Assembly (NCBI GenBank): GCA_036158955.1
Contig: JAYYFI010000018.1
Span: forward strand, 35,868 to 99,867
DNA from: Pseudomonadota bacterium
GTDB lineage: Bacteria; Pseudomonadota; Gammaproteobacteria; Ga0077536
Reading direction: 5' to 3'
DNA: 64,000 nt
Positions within the stretch are counted from its first letter, which is position 1, and each line of letters begins with the position of its first letter. Of this stretch, positions 9,279 through 19,597 are shown in pieces. A model generated the notes under the pieces. The model had not been told where the DNA came from. It ran no database searches and worked only from the letters and a program-made list of their open reading frames with translations. Position numbers and translations under genes: made by a program.

Positions 9279-10904
9279 CTAGTTATTTTGAAGAATTTTT
9301 ATAGCATCTTTCCTTAATTCTACTTTCCTTATTTTACCGCTTGAAGTCATGGGAAATTCGTCAACTATAATTGTATGTCTGGGAATTTTGAAGCTAGCTA
9401 TTTTCCCGGTCATTGCATTGATAATAAATTCAGAATCGATGGAACTGTCTTTTTCGGTTATTATGAACGCTACTGGGACTTCTGCCATTCTTTCATCTGG
9501 ATATCCTACTACTGCAGCATCTTTTATTTCAGTAAATTTCCTGAGATAGACTTCAATTTCTGCAGGCGAAACATTTTCTCCTCCAACCTTTAGCATGTCT
9601 TTGTATCGACCCATGAATACGAGCATCCCATCTTTTCGAATCATAGCCATATCGCCGCTATGGATCCAACCATTTGCGTCAATGGTTGCCGCGGTCGCTT
9701 CGGGTTTTTTCCAGTACTCCTGCATATTTGCATATCCTTTTATCAAGAGTTCGCCTGGAACGCCTTCAGCTTGATCTTTGCCTGTTTCAGGATCGATAAT
9801 TTTAAAATGATAGTCGTTCATTGGATATCCAGAAGCATGAGTGCGTTGTTCTCGTGAGTGAGATAAATTCCCGGCAGATACAAACGCCCAAGTCTCGCTC
9901 ATACCAAACCCACTGATTGTTGGGCAAAATACATCTTGCACCTCTTCAGCAATAGGAATTGTACTTTCAACTCCGGAAGGAAGGGTTCCGAATCTGATTT
10001 GTAACTTTCTCTTCTTATTTTTTTGAGCATTAAGCAAATCCAGCCAGTGAGCTTCGAAACCATGTAAAATTGTGGCTTTCTTTTCAGAAGCTAAATCAAG
10101 AACGGTTTCCGCATCAAAAACATCCATCAAAACTTGACAAGCTCCCGTGAGCACGCAAGTCATCGTAATTTCACTGAATCCATAAATATGAAAGAGAGGT
10201 AGGTAGCTCATGTGGATATCATTACATGTTAAGCCAAAAATCTGAGCTCTTTCTGCTACGTTCCTAATTGGGATATGGGAATGAACGACGCCCTTAGGAT
10301 CACCAGTTGTTCCTGATGTGTAGGCAATCATCATTCTTTTATTCGGATCAACCGTAGCTGCTGCTTCCTTTAAGGTTTCATCTGAGGTTTGATGACCCAG
10401 CTCTATGAATTCGTCCCATTCAAGTCCTCCATCTATTAAATTTTTACCAACAACAACACTATGTTCGAGGTCAGGATAGCCTGCGCTTTTAAAACTTTGC
10501 TTTGATGAAGATTCCGTGTCACCCATGGTGGCAATTAGCATATCTTGATAATTAATTGGACCAGATTCTTCCAATAAGAAAATCATTTTGGAGTTAGATT
10601 GTTTTAATGCATATCCTAAATCATCGGTCCTATATCTGGTATTTAATGGAACTATGCAGGCGCCTATTTGGATAGCCCCATACATTATAAATATCCATTC
10701 GGGCCTATTGGTCATCCAAATGGCAATATTATCTTCGGCATTTATATCTAATGCTAGAAGAGCCTTTGATACCTTGTCCGCATGATTTTTGAAATCATCA
10801 TAGCTCCATTGGTCGTCATTAAAAATGATCGCTGTTTTGTCCCCGTGCTTTTGGCAGGTTGTGACTAAAGTATCACCTAGTGTTCTTTGCTTATACCAAT
10901 CCAT
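9279..10904 (-). CDS. AMP-dependent synthetase/ligase (acyl-CoA synthetase family)
   Basis: AMP-binding motif YTSGTTGDPKGV, and GEI/TSSGKIRK at the C-terminus. I place the start at the ATG at 10904 (MDWYKQRTLG...), so the upstream 23 codons of the six-frame ORF are probably not translated. Confidence 0.85.
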   Translation of the reverse strand: MDWYKQRTLGDTLVTTCQKHGDKTAIIFNDDQWSYDDFKNHADKVSKALLALDINAEDNIAIWMTNRPEWIFIMYGAIQIGACIVPLNTRYRTDDLGYALKQSNSKMIFLLEESGPINYQDMLIATMGDTESSSKQSFKSAGYPDLEHSVVVGKNLIDGGLEWDEFIELGHQTSDETLKEAAATVDPNKRMMIAYTSGTTGDPKGVVHSHIPIRNVAERAQIFGLTCNDIHMSYLPLFHIYGFSEITMTCVLTGACQVLMDVFDAETVLDLASEKKATILHGFEAHWLDLLNAQKNKKRKLQIRFGTLPSGVESTIPIAEEVQDVFCPTISGFGMSETWAFVSAGNLSHSREQRTHASGYPMNDYHFKIIDPETGKDQAEGVPGELLIKGYANMQEYWKKPEATAATIDANGWIHSGDMAMIRKDGMLVFMGRYKDMLKVGGENVSPAEIEVYLRKFTEIKDAAVVGYPDERMAEVPVAFIITEKDSSIDSEFIINAMTGKIASFKIPRHTIIVDEFPMTSSGKIRKVELRKDAIKILQNN

Positions 10905-10944
10905 ATTAAAAAAGTGTAACAGGTTATTTGTTTGGGTAAAGTGT

Positions 10945-11952
10945 TTACTCAAATTTGATCGATATTCTACCAATTGTTTTTTGATCTAAAATTAAGTTCA
11001 TCGCGTCACTAGCCTCGCTCAGTTTAAAAGTGTTGGATACCTTAGGATTTATTTTACCATTTAAGTACAAGTCAAAAAGTTGATTTATTAACCGATCCAT
11101 TGTTGGCTTATATTTTTCCCTATGGTCGACTGGGCCCCAACCAAAATAAAGTCCCATGTTCAAACCGCAGACAGTTATGTTTTTGACTAATAGCAAATTA
11201 GTTGGGATAGAAGGAATTCTACCGCTTGCGAAACCGATCGGTATAATTCTTCCTTCGGGCTTTAAACATCGAATTGACTCGGTAAATACGTCGCCTCCAA
11301 TTGGGTCAAAAACTGCGTCCACGCCTTCATTGTTTGTAAGAGTCATGATTTTTTTTTTGAAAAATGCAGGTTTGTTTAGAATCACTTGATCTGCTCCAAA
11401 TTCTTCTGCAGCCTTCATTTTCTTTGGGTTGCTAACCGCCGCTATTACTCTTGCTTTTTGCGCTTTTGCAATTTCAATTGCAGCCGATCCAACCCCACCA
11501 GTGGCTCCATGAACTAATAGGGTTTGGTTTTTTCTTAAATTTAGAAGGTGGCTCCACGATAGAGCTGCTAAAGAAGTAGCGTAAGTATTGGTGAAAGTGA
11601 TGGCTTTTTCATAGCTTAATTCATCTGGGATCGGAAATATATTTGTGACATGGGCACACGCATATTCCGCTAATCCACCATAATCAACGACTGCACAAAC
11701 TCTCTGCCCTTGAAAAAATTGTTTTTGATCACTATCAGTAGAAGCGATCTCCCCGGCGATTTCTGTCCCTGGAATAAAGGGGAGGGGAGGTTTGACTTGG
11801 TATTTTCCTTGAACTACCAAATTAGTGGCAAAACTTAAACCAGCGGCTCTAATCTTTATTAAATATTCATGTTTTTTGGGTTTCGGAATCGGATGCTCTT
11901 TTACTTTTAGGTTTTCAAATGGCTGCCATTTCTCTACAAGCAATGCTTTCAT
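10945..11952 (-). CDS. NADPH:quinone oxidoreductase / zinc-type alcohol dehydrogenase-like (MDR superfamily)
   Basis: GATGGVGSAAIEIAK Rossmann motif and an MDR fold layout. 335 aa. Confidence 0.8.
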   Translation of the reverse strand: MKALLVEKWQPFENLKVKEHPIPKPKKHEYLIKIRAAGLSFATNLVVQGKYQVKPPLPFIPGTEIAGEIASTDSDQKQFFQGQRVCAVVDYGGLAEYACAHVTNIFPIPDELSYEKAITFTNTYATSLAALSWSHLLNLRKNQTLLVHGATGGVGSAAIEIAKAQKARVIAAVSNPKKMKAAEEFGADQVILNKPAFFKKKIMTLTNNEGVDAVFDPIGGDVFTESIRCLKPEGRIIPIGFASGRIPSIPTNLLLVKNITVCGLNMGLYFGWGPVDHREKYKPTMDRLINQLFDLYLNGKINPKVSNTFKLSEASDAMNLILDQKTIGRISIKFE

Positions 11953-12043
11953 AAAACACGTCCGAGTTCAATTTTATTGAATGGACATATAAGCAAACAT
12001 AATTATAAAATTCAACTATGAATAAAAAATAAGAGTAATTTCT

Positions 12044-13210
12044 ATGTCCACAAATAAAAAAACACAAACCGGACCTCTAAATGGCGTTAAAGTCATTGAA
12101 ATGGCTGGGATCGGGCCAAACCCTATGTGCGCCATGTTGTTGGCCGATATGGGAGCAGAAGTGATAAGAATTGATAGAACAGTTGATGGTGGTTTGGGCA
12201 TAGCTCTGGACCGAAAATATAGAGTTTTAGACAGGAGCAGGTCTTCAGTTGCTGTTGATTTGAAAAAGCCCGAGGGGGTTGAAACAGTGCTTAAATTGAT
12301 TGCGCATGCAGATGCATTAATTGAAGGTTTTAGACCGGGCGTAATGGAAAGATTGGGTTTAGGGCCTGACAAATGCATGGAAGTTAATCCAAAACTTGTT
12401 TTTGGTAGAGTGACCGGCTGGGGACAATATGGTGCGTTAGCAAAATCTGCTGGTCATGATATAAATTATATATCGCTTGTCGGAGCATGTCATAGTATTG
12501 GACATGACGGTGAGCCACCAGTACCGCCTTTAAACTTAATAGGTGATTTTGGTGGTGGAGGCATGCTGCTTGCGGTTGGGGTCTTAGCGGCTATATTAGA
12601 ATCGAAAACCTCTGGTCAGGGGCAAGTCGTAGATGCTGCCATGACCGATGGAACTGCCACTTTAATGGCTGCACTGTATGGGCTACATGCTGCAGGTATC
12701 TGGAGTGATTCGCGGCAAAACAATATCTTGGATGGAGGCGCTCATTTTTACAATACTTATGAGACTAAAGATAAAAAGTATATTTCGATAGCGTCAATTG
12801 AGCACAAATTTTACGAAATTTTAAAAGAGTTAATTGGTTTTGAAGATCATAGAAATTCGGCTCATAAAAACAAAGAATCGTGGCCAGACAGTAAAAAGCA
12901 ATTAACAGAAATCTTCAGACAAAAAACTAGAGATGAATGGTGTAAATTGTTAGAAGGTACAGACGTTTGCTATGCTCCCGTGTTGAATCTGCGAGAAGCT
13001 CCAGAACACCCACATAATAAAGATAGGCAGACTTTCACTGAAGTTGAAGGAGTTATTCAACCATCTCCTTCTCCAAGATTCAGTAGGACACCCTCTACAA
13101 TTCAAAGTCCACCTTCAGAAAACGGGGAGAATACTGATCAAGTTTTGAAAGCATGGGGCTTTACTAATGACGATATTTCAAAATTAAAAGATAAAGGAGC
13201 AATCAGCTAA
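12044..13210 (+). CDS. CaiB/BaiF family-III CoA-transferase (alpha-methylacyl-CoA racemase-like)
   Basis: N-terminal LNGVKVIEMAGIGPNPMCAMLLADMGAEVIRIDR plus a conserved Asp-containing core. It is paralogous to 24881-26089. Confidence 0.85.
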   Translation: MSTNKKTQTGPLNGVKVIEMAGIGPNPMCAMLLADMGAEVIRIDRTVDGGLGIALDRKYRVLDRSRSSVAVDLKKPEGVETVLKLIAHADALIEGFRPGVMERLGLGPDKCMEVNPKLVFGRVTGWGQYGALAKSAGHDINYISLVGACHSIGHDGEPPVPPLNLIGDFGGGGMLLAVGVLAAILESKTSGQGQVVDAAMTDGTATLMAALYGLHAAGIWSDSRQNNILDGGAHFYNTYETKDKKYISIASIEHKFYEILKELIGFEDHRNSAHKNKESWPDSKKQLTEIFRQKTRDEWCKLLEGTDVCYAPVLNLREAPEHPHNKDRQTFTEVEGVIQPSPSPRFSRTPSTIQSPPSENGENTDQVLKAWGFTNDDISKLKDKGAIS

Positions 13211-13244
13211 TGTGGTTTAATGCTTTATTCTCTCGTAATCAAAA

Positions 13245-13901
13245 TCAAATTCCTCTCATTTTTGTTTTCTCGCTATCAGCGTGATAAGTACTTTTGGCGC
13301 TTTCCCGATTATGCATTTTTTCAAACCATGCATTAATATGATTAAGCTCTGTTGGAATGGTTTGGTTTACACCTGCACCAAAGTCTAGTGCGCAATATAA
13401 AATTATATCTACTAATTTCATATCTTTTCCGGTTATGTATTCCTTACCTTCCATCTGAGCATCGAGCCATTTGAGTTTTGTTTGAACTATTGTTGATAGT
13501 CCGTCCACCGCTTCCGGGATTACCGTCATTCTTTCTTTGAATATGTCTATTCCCACACTATACCTGAAAGCATTATAGAGATGTTCGGTGATGTTTAACT
13601 CTATTCTTCTTTGCCATTGTCGATGGTCAGCTCTTTCTTGAGGAGTGCTTCCTATCAGAGCTGGTTCTGGATAATGTTCTTCAAGGTACTCACAAATTAC
13701 TACTGTTTCCCCAATTACCGTGCCATCATCTAGCTCGAGTGCTGGGATTTGGCCGCCTGGATTTTTATCCAGATAGTCTTTTTTACGGTTTTCAGCCCCA
13801 AGCAACATATCATATTCAACGAATTCTATGTCTAACCCTTTCTCTTTTAAAAACATTCTTACTTTTCTAGGATTAGGTCCTAGTGAATTATAAAGTTTCA
13901 T
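13245..13901 (-). CDS. glutathione S-transferase family protein
   Basis: 218 aa with an N-terminal thioredoxin-like GST domain followed by an alpha-helical C-terminal domain. It is the last gene of a co-directional BVMO-LLM-GST set on the minus strand. Confidence 0.75.
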   Translation of the reverse strand: MKLYNSLGPNPRKVRMFLKEKGLDIEFVEYDMLLGAENRKKDYLDKNPGGQIPALELDDGTVIGETVVICEYLEEHYPEPALIGSTPQERADHRQWQRRIELNITEHLYNAFRYSVGIDIFKERMTVIPEAVDGLSTIVQTKLKWLDAQMEGKEYITGKDMKLVDIILYCALDFGAGVNQTIPTELNHINAWFEKMHNRESAKSTYHADSEKTKMRGI

Positions 13902-13912
13902 TTTCTCTCCTA

Positions 13913-14953
13913 TTATTTTTTAAATGCTGGTAGTACGTTTTTAGCAAAGATATCCATGCTTTTGTGAATGAGGTTAGGTGCAAGGCCTGGTAACGCCATT
14001 TGTAATACCATATGGGTAATCCTTCCTCTGCCGACATACTCAGAAATCATTTGCTTCGCGTCATCTGGAGTTCCAACGATGGCGTCTTCCCCAAAAAAGT
14101 TGAAAGATTGTGCTTTTATCATCTCTTCAACAGTAGGTAGGTTTTTTAAAGCCTGATCATCACCCTCTTGGTCGTTTGCCTCTGCAAACCATTTTGCATA
14201 ACACTCGGTCAAATAGTGTAAACTTTGGGCGCATTCTTCCCAAGCTTGAGATCGGCTTTTAGCAACATATACTGCCCTTTGTGCTGCAATGTTATATTCT
14301 TTTGGGTCTCTGCCTGCTGCGGTTAAGGCACCGTCATAGGCAGCATTGAGCTCGGCGGGACCGACGCTTTGAAAATGAAAACCCATCTTTGCGGCTCTTT
14401 CGATTGCTTTAGGAGCAATAGCTCCTAACCAAATCGGAGGATGGGGTCTTTGAAGTGCGGGTGGAGATATTTTAATGTCTTTTAGATAATAATATTTTCC
14501 TTCGTGTGTGACTGACTCACCAGCCAACAGTTTCTGCACTATTGCCATTCCTTCTTGCAACCTGCCACCTCTCTCAGTATGCGAGATCCCTTGATCGGAG
14601 AATTCTTTCCTTCGATATCCTAAACCAACACCTAGGTCAAACCGTCCGTTTGACATTAAGTCCACCGTAGCCGTGTCTTCGGCTAATCGAATTGGATTAT
14701 GAAGAGGTGCAAGCACTAAAAAGGTGCCAATACGCAAATTCGTTGTTCTTTGAGATAAAGCGGCCGCAATAGCTAACAGTGAGGGAGAATATCCATCGTC
14801 AACAAAATGATGCTCTGTGAGCCAAGCATCGTCGTATCCTAACCCCTCTGAAGCGGATATTAAATCTAGATGGGAACGATAAAGTTGCTCCCAGGGAACT
14901 TTGTTAAAAGCAGGATTTCTAAAAGGCCAAAGGACGCCAAATCTTAAATTCAT
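13913..14953 (-). CDS. LLM-class flavin-dependent oxidoreductase (luciferase-like monooxygenase)
   Basis: 346 aa with a luciferase-like TIM-barrel profile (GYDDAWLTEHHF..., HPPIWLGA). It lies 9 nt downstream of the BVMO gene on the same strand. Confidence 0.85.
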   Translation of the reverse strand: MNLRFGVLWPFRNPAFNKVPWEQLYRSHLDLISASEGLGYDDAWLTEHHFVDDGYSPSLLAIAAALSQRTTNLRIGTFLVLAPLHNPIRLAEDTATVDLMSNGRFDLGVGLGYRRKEFSDQGISHTERGGRLQEGMAIVQKLLAGESVTHEGKYYYLKDIKISPPALQRPHPPIWLGAIAPKAIERAAKMGFHFQSVGPAELNAAYDGALTAAGRDPKEYNIAAQRAVYVAKSRSQAWEECAQSLHYLTECYAKWFAEANDQEGDDQALKNLPTVEEMIKAQSFNFFGEDAIVGTPDDAKQMISEYVGRGRITHMVLQMALPGLAPNLIHKSMDIFAKNVLPAFKK

Positions 14954-14995
14954 TTCACTCTCCCCAATAAATTAAGTTTTCATTTAAACAAAATT

Positions 14996-16597
14996 CTAGG
15001 AAAAAGCAAATCCTTTATAGTCTGATTCAACAATGGCCTTAACTTTTTCAGCATATTTGGGGAAGCCGCCTATGTAAGGCATAAAGACCCTGGGCTTACC
15101 TGGAATATTTGAACCTAGATACCAGTTATTACAAGTGGTGTATAGAGTCCTGTTAGCTACTTCGTTAACATGAGTTACCCACTCTTCCTCAGCTTCTTTG
15201 AGTACCTCCACGTTCTTGTAACCATTTTTTTCAATATAATGCACGCAATCTCCTATCCAATTAACATGGTGCTCTATTCCAACTACCATATTGGCCAAAA
15301 CTGACGGACTACCGGGACCCGTGATGATGAAAAAATTCGGAAAACCTGCTGTACCTACTCCGAGATAAGTTTTTGGCCCTTCCTCCCATTTTTTCTTTAA
15401 CTTCAGGCCGTTTTTCCCAATTATATTAACTTTGTCTAAAGAGCCGGTCATTGCGTCGAAGCCAGTTGCAAAGACTACTGCGTCTAGCTTGTAATCTTTT
15501 GCAGAAGTTGCTATTCCATATGGAGTAAATCCGGTAATTTGCTCATCTCTAGCATCTATCAATTCCACATTTTTCCTATTAAAAGTTTCATAATAACCCG
15601 TATCTGAACATGGTCTCTTACAGCCAACATGATGATCTGGAATCAGTTTTTCTAGAAGTTTGTCGTTTTTAACTATACTCTTAATTTTATTAATTATGAA
15701 ATCTTTCGCGGTAGCGTTGGCGTCTGGGTTGGTTGGAATGTCTCTGAACGCCCCTAAGAAAGATAGCCCTCCGATTTCCCAAAATTTTTCGTAAGTCTCC
15801 ACGCGAGAACGATTATCAACATCGAATGCCGATTGTCTATTCGGCGCCCTCTGTGCCGCAAGAGGTAATTTTAATTGAAATTGTCTTAGTTCCTGATATT
15901 TGGATTTAATTTCGTCTGACTTTGTCTTTGTTAACGGTTCGTTATGCGCAGGTATCGACCAATTTGGAGTTCTTTGAAAGACATAAAGATGTTTGGCTTC
16001 TTTGGCAATTATCGGAGTTGCTTGGATGGATGAAGAACCTGTCCCTATCACTCCAACGATCTTATCTTTAAAAGAAATTGGCTCGTGAGGCCAATTTCCA
16101 GTATGAAAAGTCTGGCCGGTGTATTCATCTAGGCCATCAAACTTGGGAATATTAGTAGAAGACAAGCAACCTGTGGCCATCACGAAGTATTTTGCCGTGT
16201 AAGTTTTTTGCGAATCAGTTTCTATTTCCCATTTCGCAGTTTCTTCGTTAAATGTTCCAGACTTCACTCTTGTGTTGAAGGAAACGTGTTTCTTGAGATT
16301 AAATTTTTTAGCAACGTACTTTAAATATTCTAGTATTTCGGGTTGTGCGGAGTAGCGTTCTGACCATGTCCATTCTTGCTCAAGCTCTGTCGAAAAACCA
16401 AAGGAGTATTCCCAGCTTTCTACATCACATCTCGCGCCAGGATAGCGATTCCAATACCAAGTACCTCCAACATCCTCACCAGCTTCGAAAGTCTTTACTG
16501 TTAATCCCTGTTGCTTGAATTTATGTGTCATATAAAGGCCAGCAAAGCCTGCTCCCACGACTATTGCATCGAACTGATTGGATGATTGCTCTGTCAT
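14996..16597 (-). CDS. Baeyer-Villiger monooxygenase (cyclohexanone-monooxygenase type flavoprotein)
   Basis: GAGFAGLY FAD motif, GGTWYWNRYPG, the BVMO fingerprint FTGQTFHTGNWP (FxGxxxHxxxWP), and a second Rossmann motif GTGSSS. 533 aa. Confidence 0.9.
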   Translation of the reverse strand: MTEQSSNQFDAIVVGAGFAGLYMTHKFKQQGLTVKTFEAGEDVGGTWYWNRYPGARCDVESWEYSFGFSTELEQEWTWSERYSAQPEILEYLKYVAKKFNLKKHVSFNTRVKSGTFNEETAKWEIETDSQKTYTAKYFVMATGCLSSTNIPKFDGLDEYTGQTFHTGNWPHEPISFKDKIVGVIGTGSSSIQATPIIAKEAKHLYVFQRTPNWSIPAHNEPLTKTKSDEIKSKYQELRQFQLKLPLAAQRAPNRQSAFDVDNRSRVETYEKFWEIGGLSFLGAFRDIPTNPDANATAKDFIINKIKSIVKNDKLLEKLIPDHHVGCKRPCSDTGYYETFNRKNVELIDARDEQITGFTPYGIATSAKDYKLDAVVFATGFDAMTGSLDKVNIIGKNGLKLKKKWEEGPKTYLGVGTAGFPNFFIITGPGSPSVLANMVVGIEHHVNWIGDCVHYIEKNGYKNVEVLKEAEEEWVTHVNEVANRTLYTTCNNWYLGSNIPGKPRVFMPYIGGFPKYAEKVKAIVESDYKGFAFS

Positions 16598-16684
16598 TAG
16601 TGTAATTTTCCTAAAATTTTTTATGGTGGTTAATCAATTAACATCTTGTTGATTACGATTGTAAACTAAATTTAAGGCAATAAA

Positions 16685-16722
16685 AAACCCCGGACCACTC
16701 TAGTGGGCCGAGGTTTTTTTTA
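16685..16722 (-). terminator. rho-independent terminator (bidirectional-looking) downstream of the OMP gene
   Basis: On the + strand: AAAAAACCC-CGGACCACT-CT-AGTGGGCCG-AGGTTTTTTTTT. This is a 9-bp stem (one mismatch) flanked by an A-run and a T-run, with a G+C-rich stem in an AT-rich background. Confidence 0.6.
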
Positions 16723-16729
16723 AATCGGC

Positions 16730-17527
16730 TTACCAGCTGCTGGAGATTCCAAATACGACTCCGTCTCGGCCAGAGCCTGAACCACCCGCATCGTTACCTT
16801 CTTCGGCATCAAACCAATGTAAGTCCAGTGTAAACTGGCCGATGTCATAGCTCGCTCCGACGGTGTAGTAGACATAGTCATACCCTGCTGGAGTTGTCTT
16901 ATCGCCATCGACGTCTAAATATCCGACGGTTGCATAAGGTGAGATTCCACCCAGAGACAATCCAAATTCACCATAAACATAAATGCTATCACCATCTGAC
17001 CCATAGTAGTCAGGTGAGTAAGCAAAGCCCGCTGTGACGGAAGGCTCATACGCCATGTCAAAGGTTGTACCGAGAGAGCCGTAGACTTCCCATAGGTCTT
17101 GCTCTCCTAACCCCGAGCCAGGCTCATCAGCGTCTTCTTCAGGATAGTAGTAATACAAGAATCCTATATCATAGTCTATCTTGCCCATTGAGCCGCCATA
17201 TCCCGTATAAAAATTTGTTTCGAGTTGCGTGGCATTTGGTCCATCATTAAATTCTACACTGGAGGCCCAAAACCCGACGTAAAGGCCGGACGCATGTGCG
17301 TAGTCGATTCCAACTTGGATAGCTGGATCTTCGTTACTTTGGGTGATTCCTCTAAACTGATATTCAGTTAGAACCGCCATGTTGGCACTCCATTCATGTG
17401 GTGATGCCTCAGCGGATTCGTGACCGCCAGCAGTTACACTGCTAGCAAAGAAAATAGCACCAAATAGTGAAAGTAGTATCGAGCCTTTCAATAAGTTCGA
17501 TAATTTGTTTACAAAAATGTTATTCAT
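16730..17527 (-). CDS. outer-membrane beta-barrel protein (gcw_chp/TorF-like small porin family), signal peptide
   Basis: N-terminal signal peptide, alternating amphipathic beta-strand pattern rich in Y/G/D, and a C-terminal aromatic residue (...GISSSW). 265 aa. Confidence 0.55.
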   Translation of the reverse strand: MNNIFVNKLSNLLKGSILLSLFGAIFFASSVTAGGHESAEASPHEWSANMAVLTEYQFRGITQSNEDPAIQVGIDYAHASGLYVGFWASSVEFNDGPNATQLETNFYTGYGGSMGKIDYDIGFLYYYYPEEDADEPGSGLGEQDLWEVYGSLGTTFDMAYEPSVTAGFAYSPDYYGSDGDSIYVYGEFGLSLGGISPYATVGYLDVDGDKTTPAGYDYVYYTVGASYDIGQFTLDLHWFDAEEGNDAGGSGSGRDGVVFGISSSW

Positions 17528-17877
17528 TCATTTGCCCCTTTTTAGACTTTTTAGTTTTACGTAAAACAATGAATCAGCGATCACCGCTTGGTTCACACCG
17601 CATTTAGGTGATTCAACTTTTATTGTTTTAGCAATAAGCGCGCCATCATAATCCAGAATTGAATATTTTTCAATAATACTAAAATACTAATAAAAATCAA
17701 TAATTTATATTGATAAAAAAGGTTAAACTTTCTTGGGGTTTTCGGTAAGGGGGTCTATTTTGCTTTTCTGATTTTGTTTTTGCACCTTTCTGGAGCGTTA
17801 CATCTTATTTTCGCACTGATTTGATGCACGATGAATCCATTAAGCTAGTTTGATCGGGTGAGATGCGTAAGTTCCTC

Positions 17878-18273
17878 TCACCTCCTGTTCATCAATCTTT
17901 CATTTCCTTTTTTGCGCTCGGAGCTCCCAAAGTTAATTCCCAGAAAAGACCTTTTCTTTTCTTTGGAATCATTAATCTTTTCGGGCACAGGAGACCTAGT
18001 ATCTAACTTGGTGGTGTTTGCCATCGAGACACACATTTTCATAGCAGCACTTTTGGCAAACTCAATGGTTTCATTTGGTATTTGGTCACTATAACCAGCT
18101 TTTACTTTGGCCACCACATAGGCAGTTTTAGATCTACAATCAAGCTGAGAGCCAAAGGATGAAATGGAAAAAAGTAAAACCGCAGAAAAGAGGCCAAGTT
18201 GGAGATTAGTATTGGTTGCCAAAGAAACTCCCTCAAAAATTGACATTATCACCGATTTGATGACGTTCATCAA
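17878..18273 (-). CDS. hypothetical small secreted/membrane protein
   Basis: The ORF has an internal hydrophobic, signal-like segment. I recognise no family. It sits downstream of chrR on the same strand and could belong to the same regulon. Confidence 0.3.
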   Translation of the reverse strand: MMNVIKSVIMSIFEGVSLATNTNLQLGLFSAVLLFSISSFGSQLDCRSKTAYVVAKVKAGYSDQIPNETIEFAKSAAMKMCVSMANTTKLDTRSPVPEKINDSKEKKRSFLGINFGSSERKKGNERLMNRR

Positions 18274-18292
18274 ACAGAGCGTTCCTTGCCTA

Positions 18293-18985
18293 TTATATCC
18301 CCAACATAGGTTGAATTAATCTGAGGAAAGGGTTGTCAAACTTAAGATTTCCTTCTGTTGCAACCAAAGAAATACAATCGACTTCCCCCACAATGATAGG
18401 TTGGTGAGTATTTTCATCATCACATTCATGCAAATCTCCGGGTTGGTAAATGTTTGATGAACACGCATACGCGCCCTTAAGCACTAATGTTAACTCTTGC
18501 CCCCTGTGGCTGTGTTTGGGTAGTTTTGCGCCAGGCTTCCCCTTGATCATCCAAAGTCGTGAGTTACCGTCTTCTCTGAGCTTGCAAAGTTGTATATCTT
18601 TTCCCGCCGACTTCCACGGTAAGGCGTCGAAACTACAATCAAGGTAGCTCGGAAATAAACAATCAAGGCTATCGTCCAATTCAAAGTCATCCGCTTTGGA
18701 TTTTGACAAGTTCAGGGATTTTGCGCTATTTCGGTCACAAGATGAATCATAGCCTTCCACTATTTCATCGACTTTCGAATCGATATCTTCTGAAAAAGAT
18801 CCAAGATGATCGTGAAATTCATTCATTAAGAGGTCTGAGCCTATCGTTTCAATTTCTCTAATCTTTGTTCTGCAGTGCCGACACGCACTTATGTGAGCTC
18901 TCAGCACTATTTCAGAAGTAGAGAAGCCATTTCCAAAGCTGAAATCGGCTAAAGTGGCTGAACTTGGGCAATGATTTAGGTCCAC
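18293..18985 (-). CDS. chrR: anti-sigma factor ChrR (zinc-binding anti-sigma domain plus cupin)
   Basis: N-terminal zinc anti-sigma motif H-x3-C-x2-C (AHISACRHCRT) and a C-terminal cupin fold with conserved His. Its start overlaps the stop of the ECF sigma gene by 10 nt. Confidence 0.85.
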   Translation of the reverse strand: MDLNHCPSSATLADFSFGNGFSTSEIVLRAHISACRHCRTKIREIETIGSDLLMNEFHDHLGSFSEDIDSKVDEIVEGYDSSCDRNSAKSLNLSKSKADDFELDDSLDCLFPSYLDCSFDALPWKSAGKDIQLCKLREDGNSRLWMIKGKPGAKLPKHSHRGQELTLVLKGAYACSSNIYQPGDLHECDDENTHQPIIVGEVDCISLVATEGNLKFDNPFLRLIQPMLGI

Positions 18986-19569
18986 TGGTTTTCCCCTATA
19001 TTGCGTCTCAACCTTTGAAAAGCTAATCGGGTTCTTGATTTTACTGTGCCTATAGGAAGCCCCAAAGTCTCAGAAACTTCCCTATGAGACATTCCCATGC
19101 TGTAAAGCATATATAAAATCTGTTTCTGTTCTTTTGGTAGGGTTGAAATTATGTCGTTTACTGGGCGAGTGGTCGAAATTACGTCGGTGGCATCTACAAA
19201 CTCGTCAATATTATTTAGTAATTCATATTTTTGAAGACCGGTCTTTTTTCTGGTAGTTGACCGGTATTCGTCAATCATTTTGTTTCTAATCAGAGTATAA
19301 ATCCATGTTCTGGCAGCGGCTTTATTTTCGTCGAACAAATAAGGCTTGGTCCAAACAATTATCATTACTTCCTGTAAAACGTTTTCTGCGAGCGACCGTT
19401 CCATACCTTGTGCACACAACCAGGCGGTTAATTTGGGAGCCATTAATTTGTAAAGCTCTCTGTAAGCGCTTTTGTCAGCATTATCTCTTACTGACTTAAG
19501 TAATTTGGTCTCACGACTTCTTTCTAATTCGTTAGAGTCTGGTTCTTTTTTCGCCAATTTTATAGACAT
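18976..19569 (-). CDS. rpoE: RNA polymerase ECF sigma factor (RpoE/sigma-E of the ChrR-regulated, ECF11-like group)
   Basis: Sigma-70 regions 2 and 4 (…VMIIVWTKPYLFD…, …LPIGTVKSRTRLAFQRLR). It is co-transcribed with a ChrR-type anti-sigma. Confidence 0.85.
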   Translation of the reverse strand: MSIKLAKKEPDSNELERSRETKLLKSVRDNADKSAYRELYKLMAPKLTAWLCAQGMERSLAENVLQEVMIIVWTKPYLFDENKAAARTWIYTLIRNKMIDEYRSTTRKKTGLQKYELLNNIDEFVDATDVISTTRPVNDIISTLPKEQKQILYMLYSMGMSHREVSETLGLPIGTVKSRTRLAFQRLRRNIGENQWT

Positions 19570-19597
19570 TTGTAAACCTTTATTAATTTCAAAGGTT

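Noticed and set aside
16720-16908. 62-aa ORF overlapping the OMP gene 3' end
   Set aside because: It is an out-of-frame overlap within a confidently called beta-barrel gene and extends into the terminator hairpin. It is spurious.
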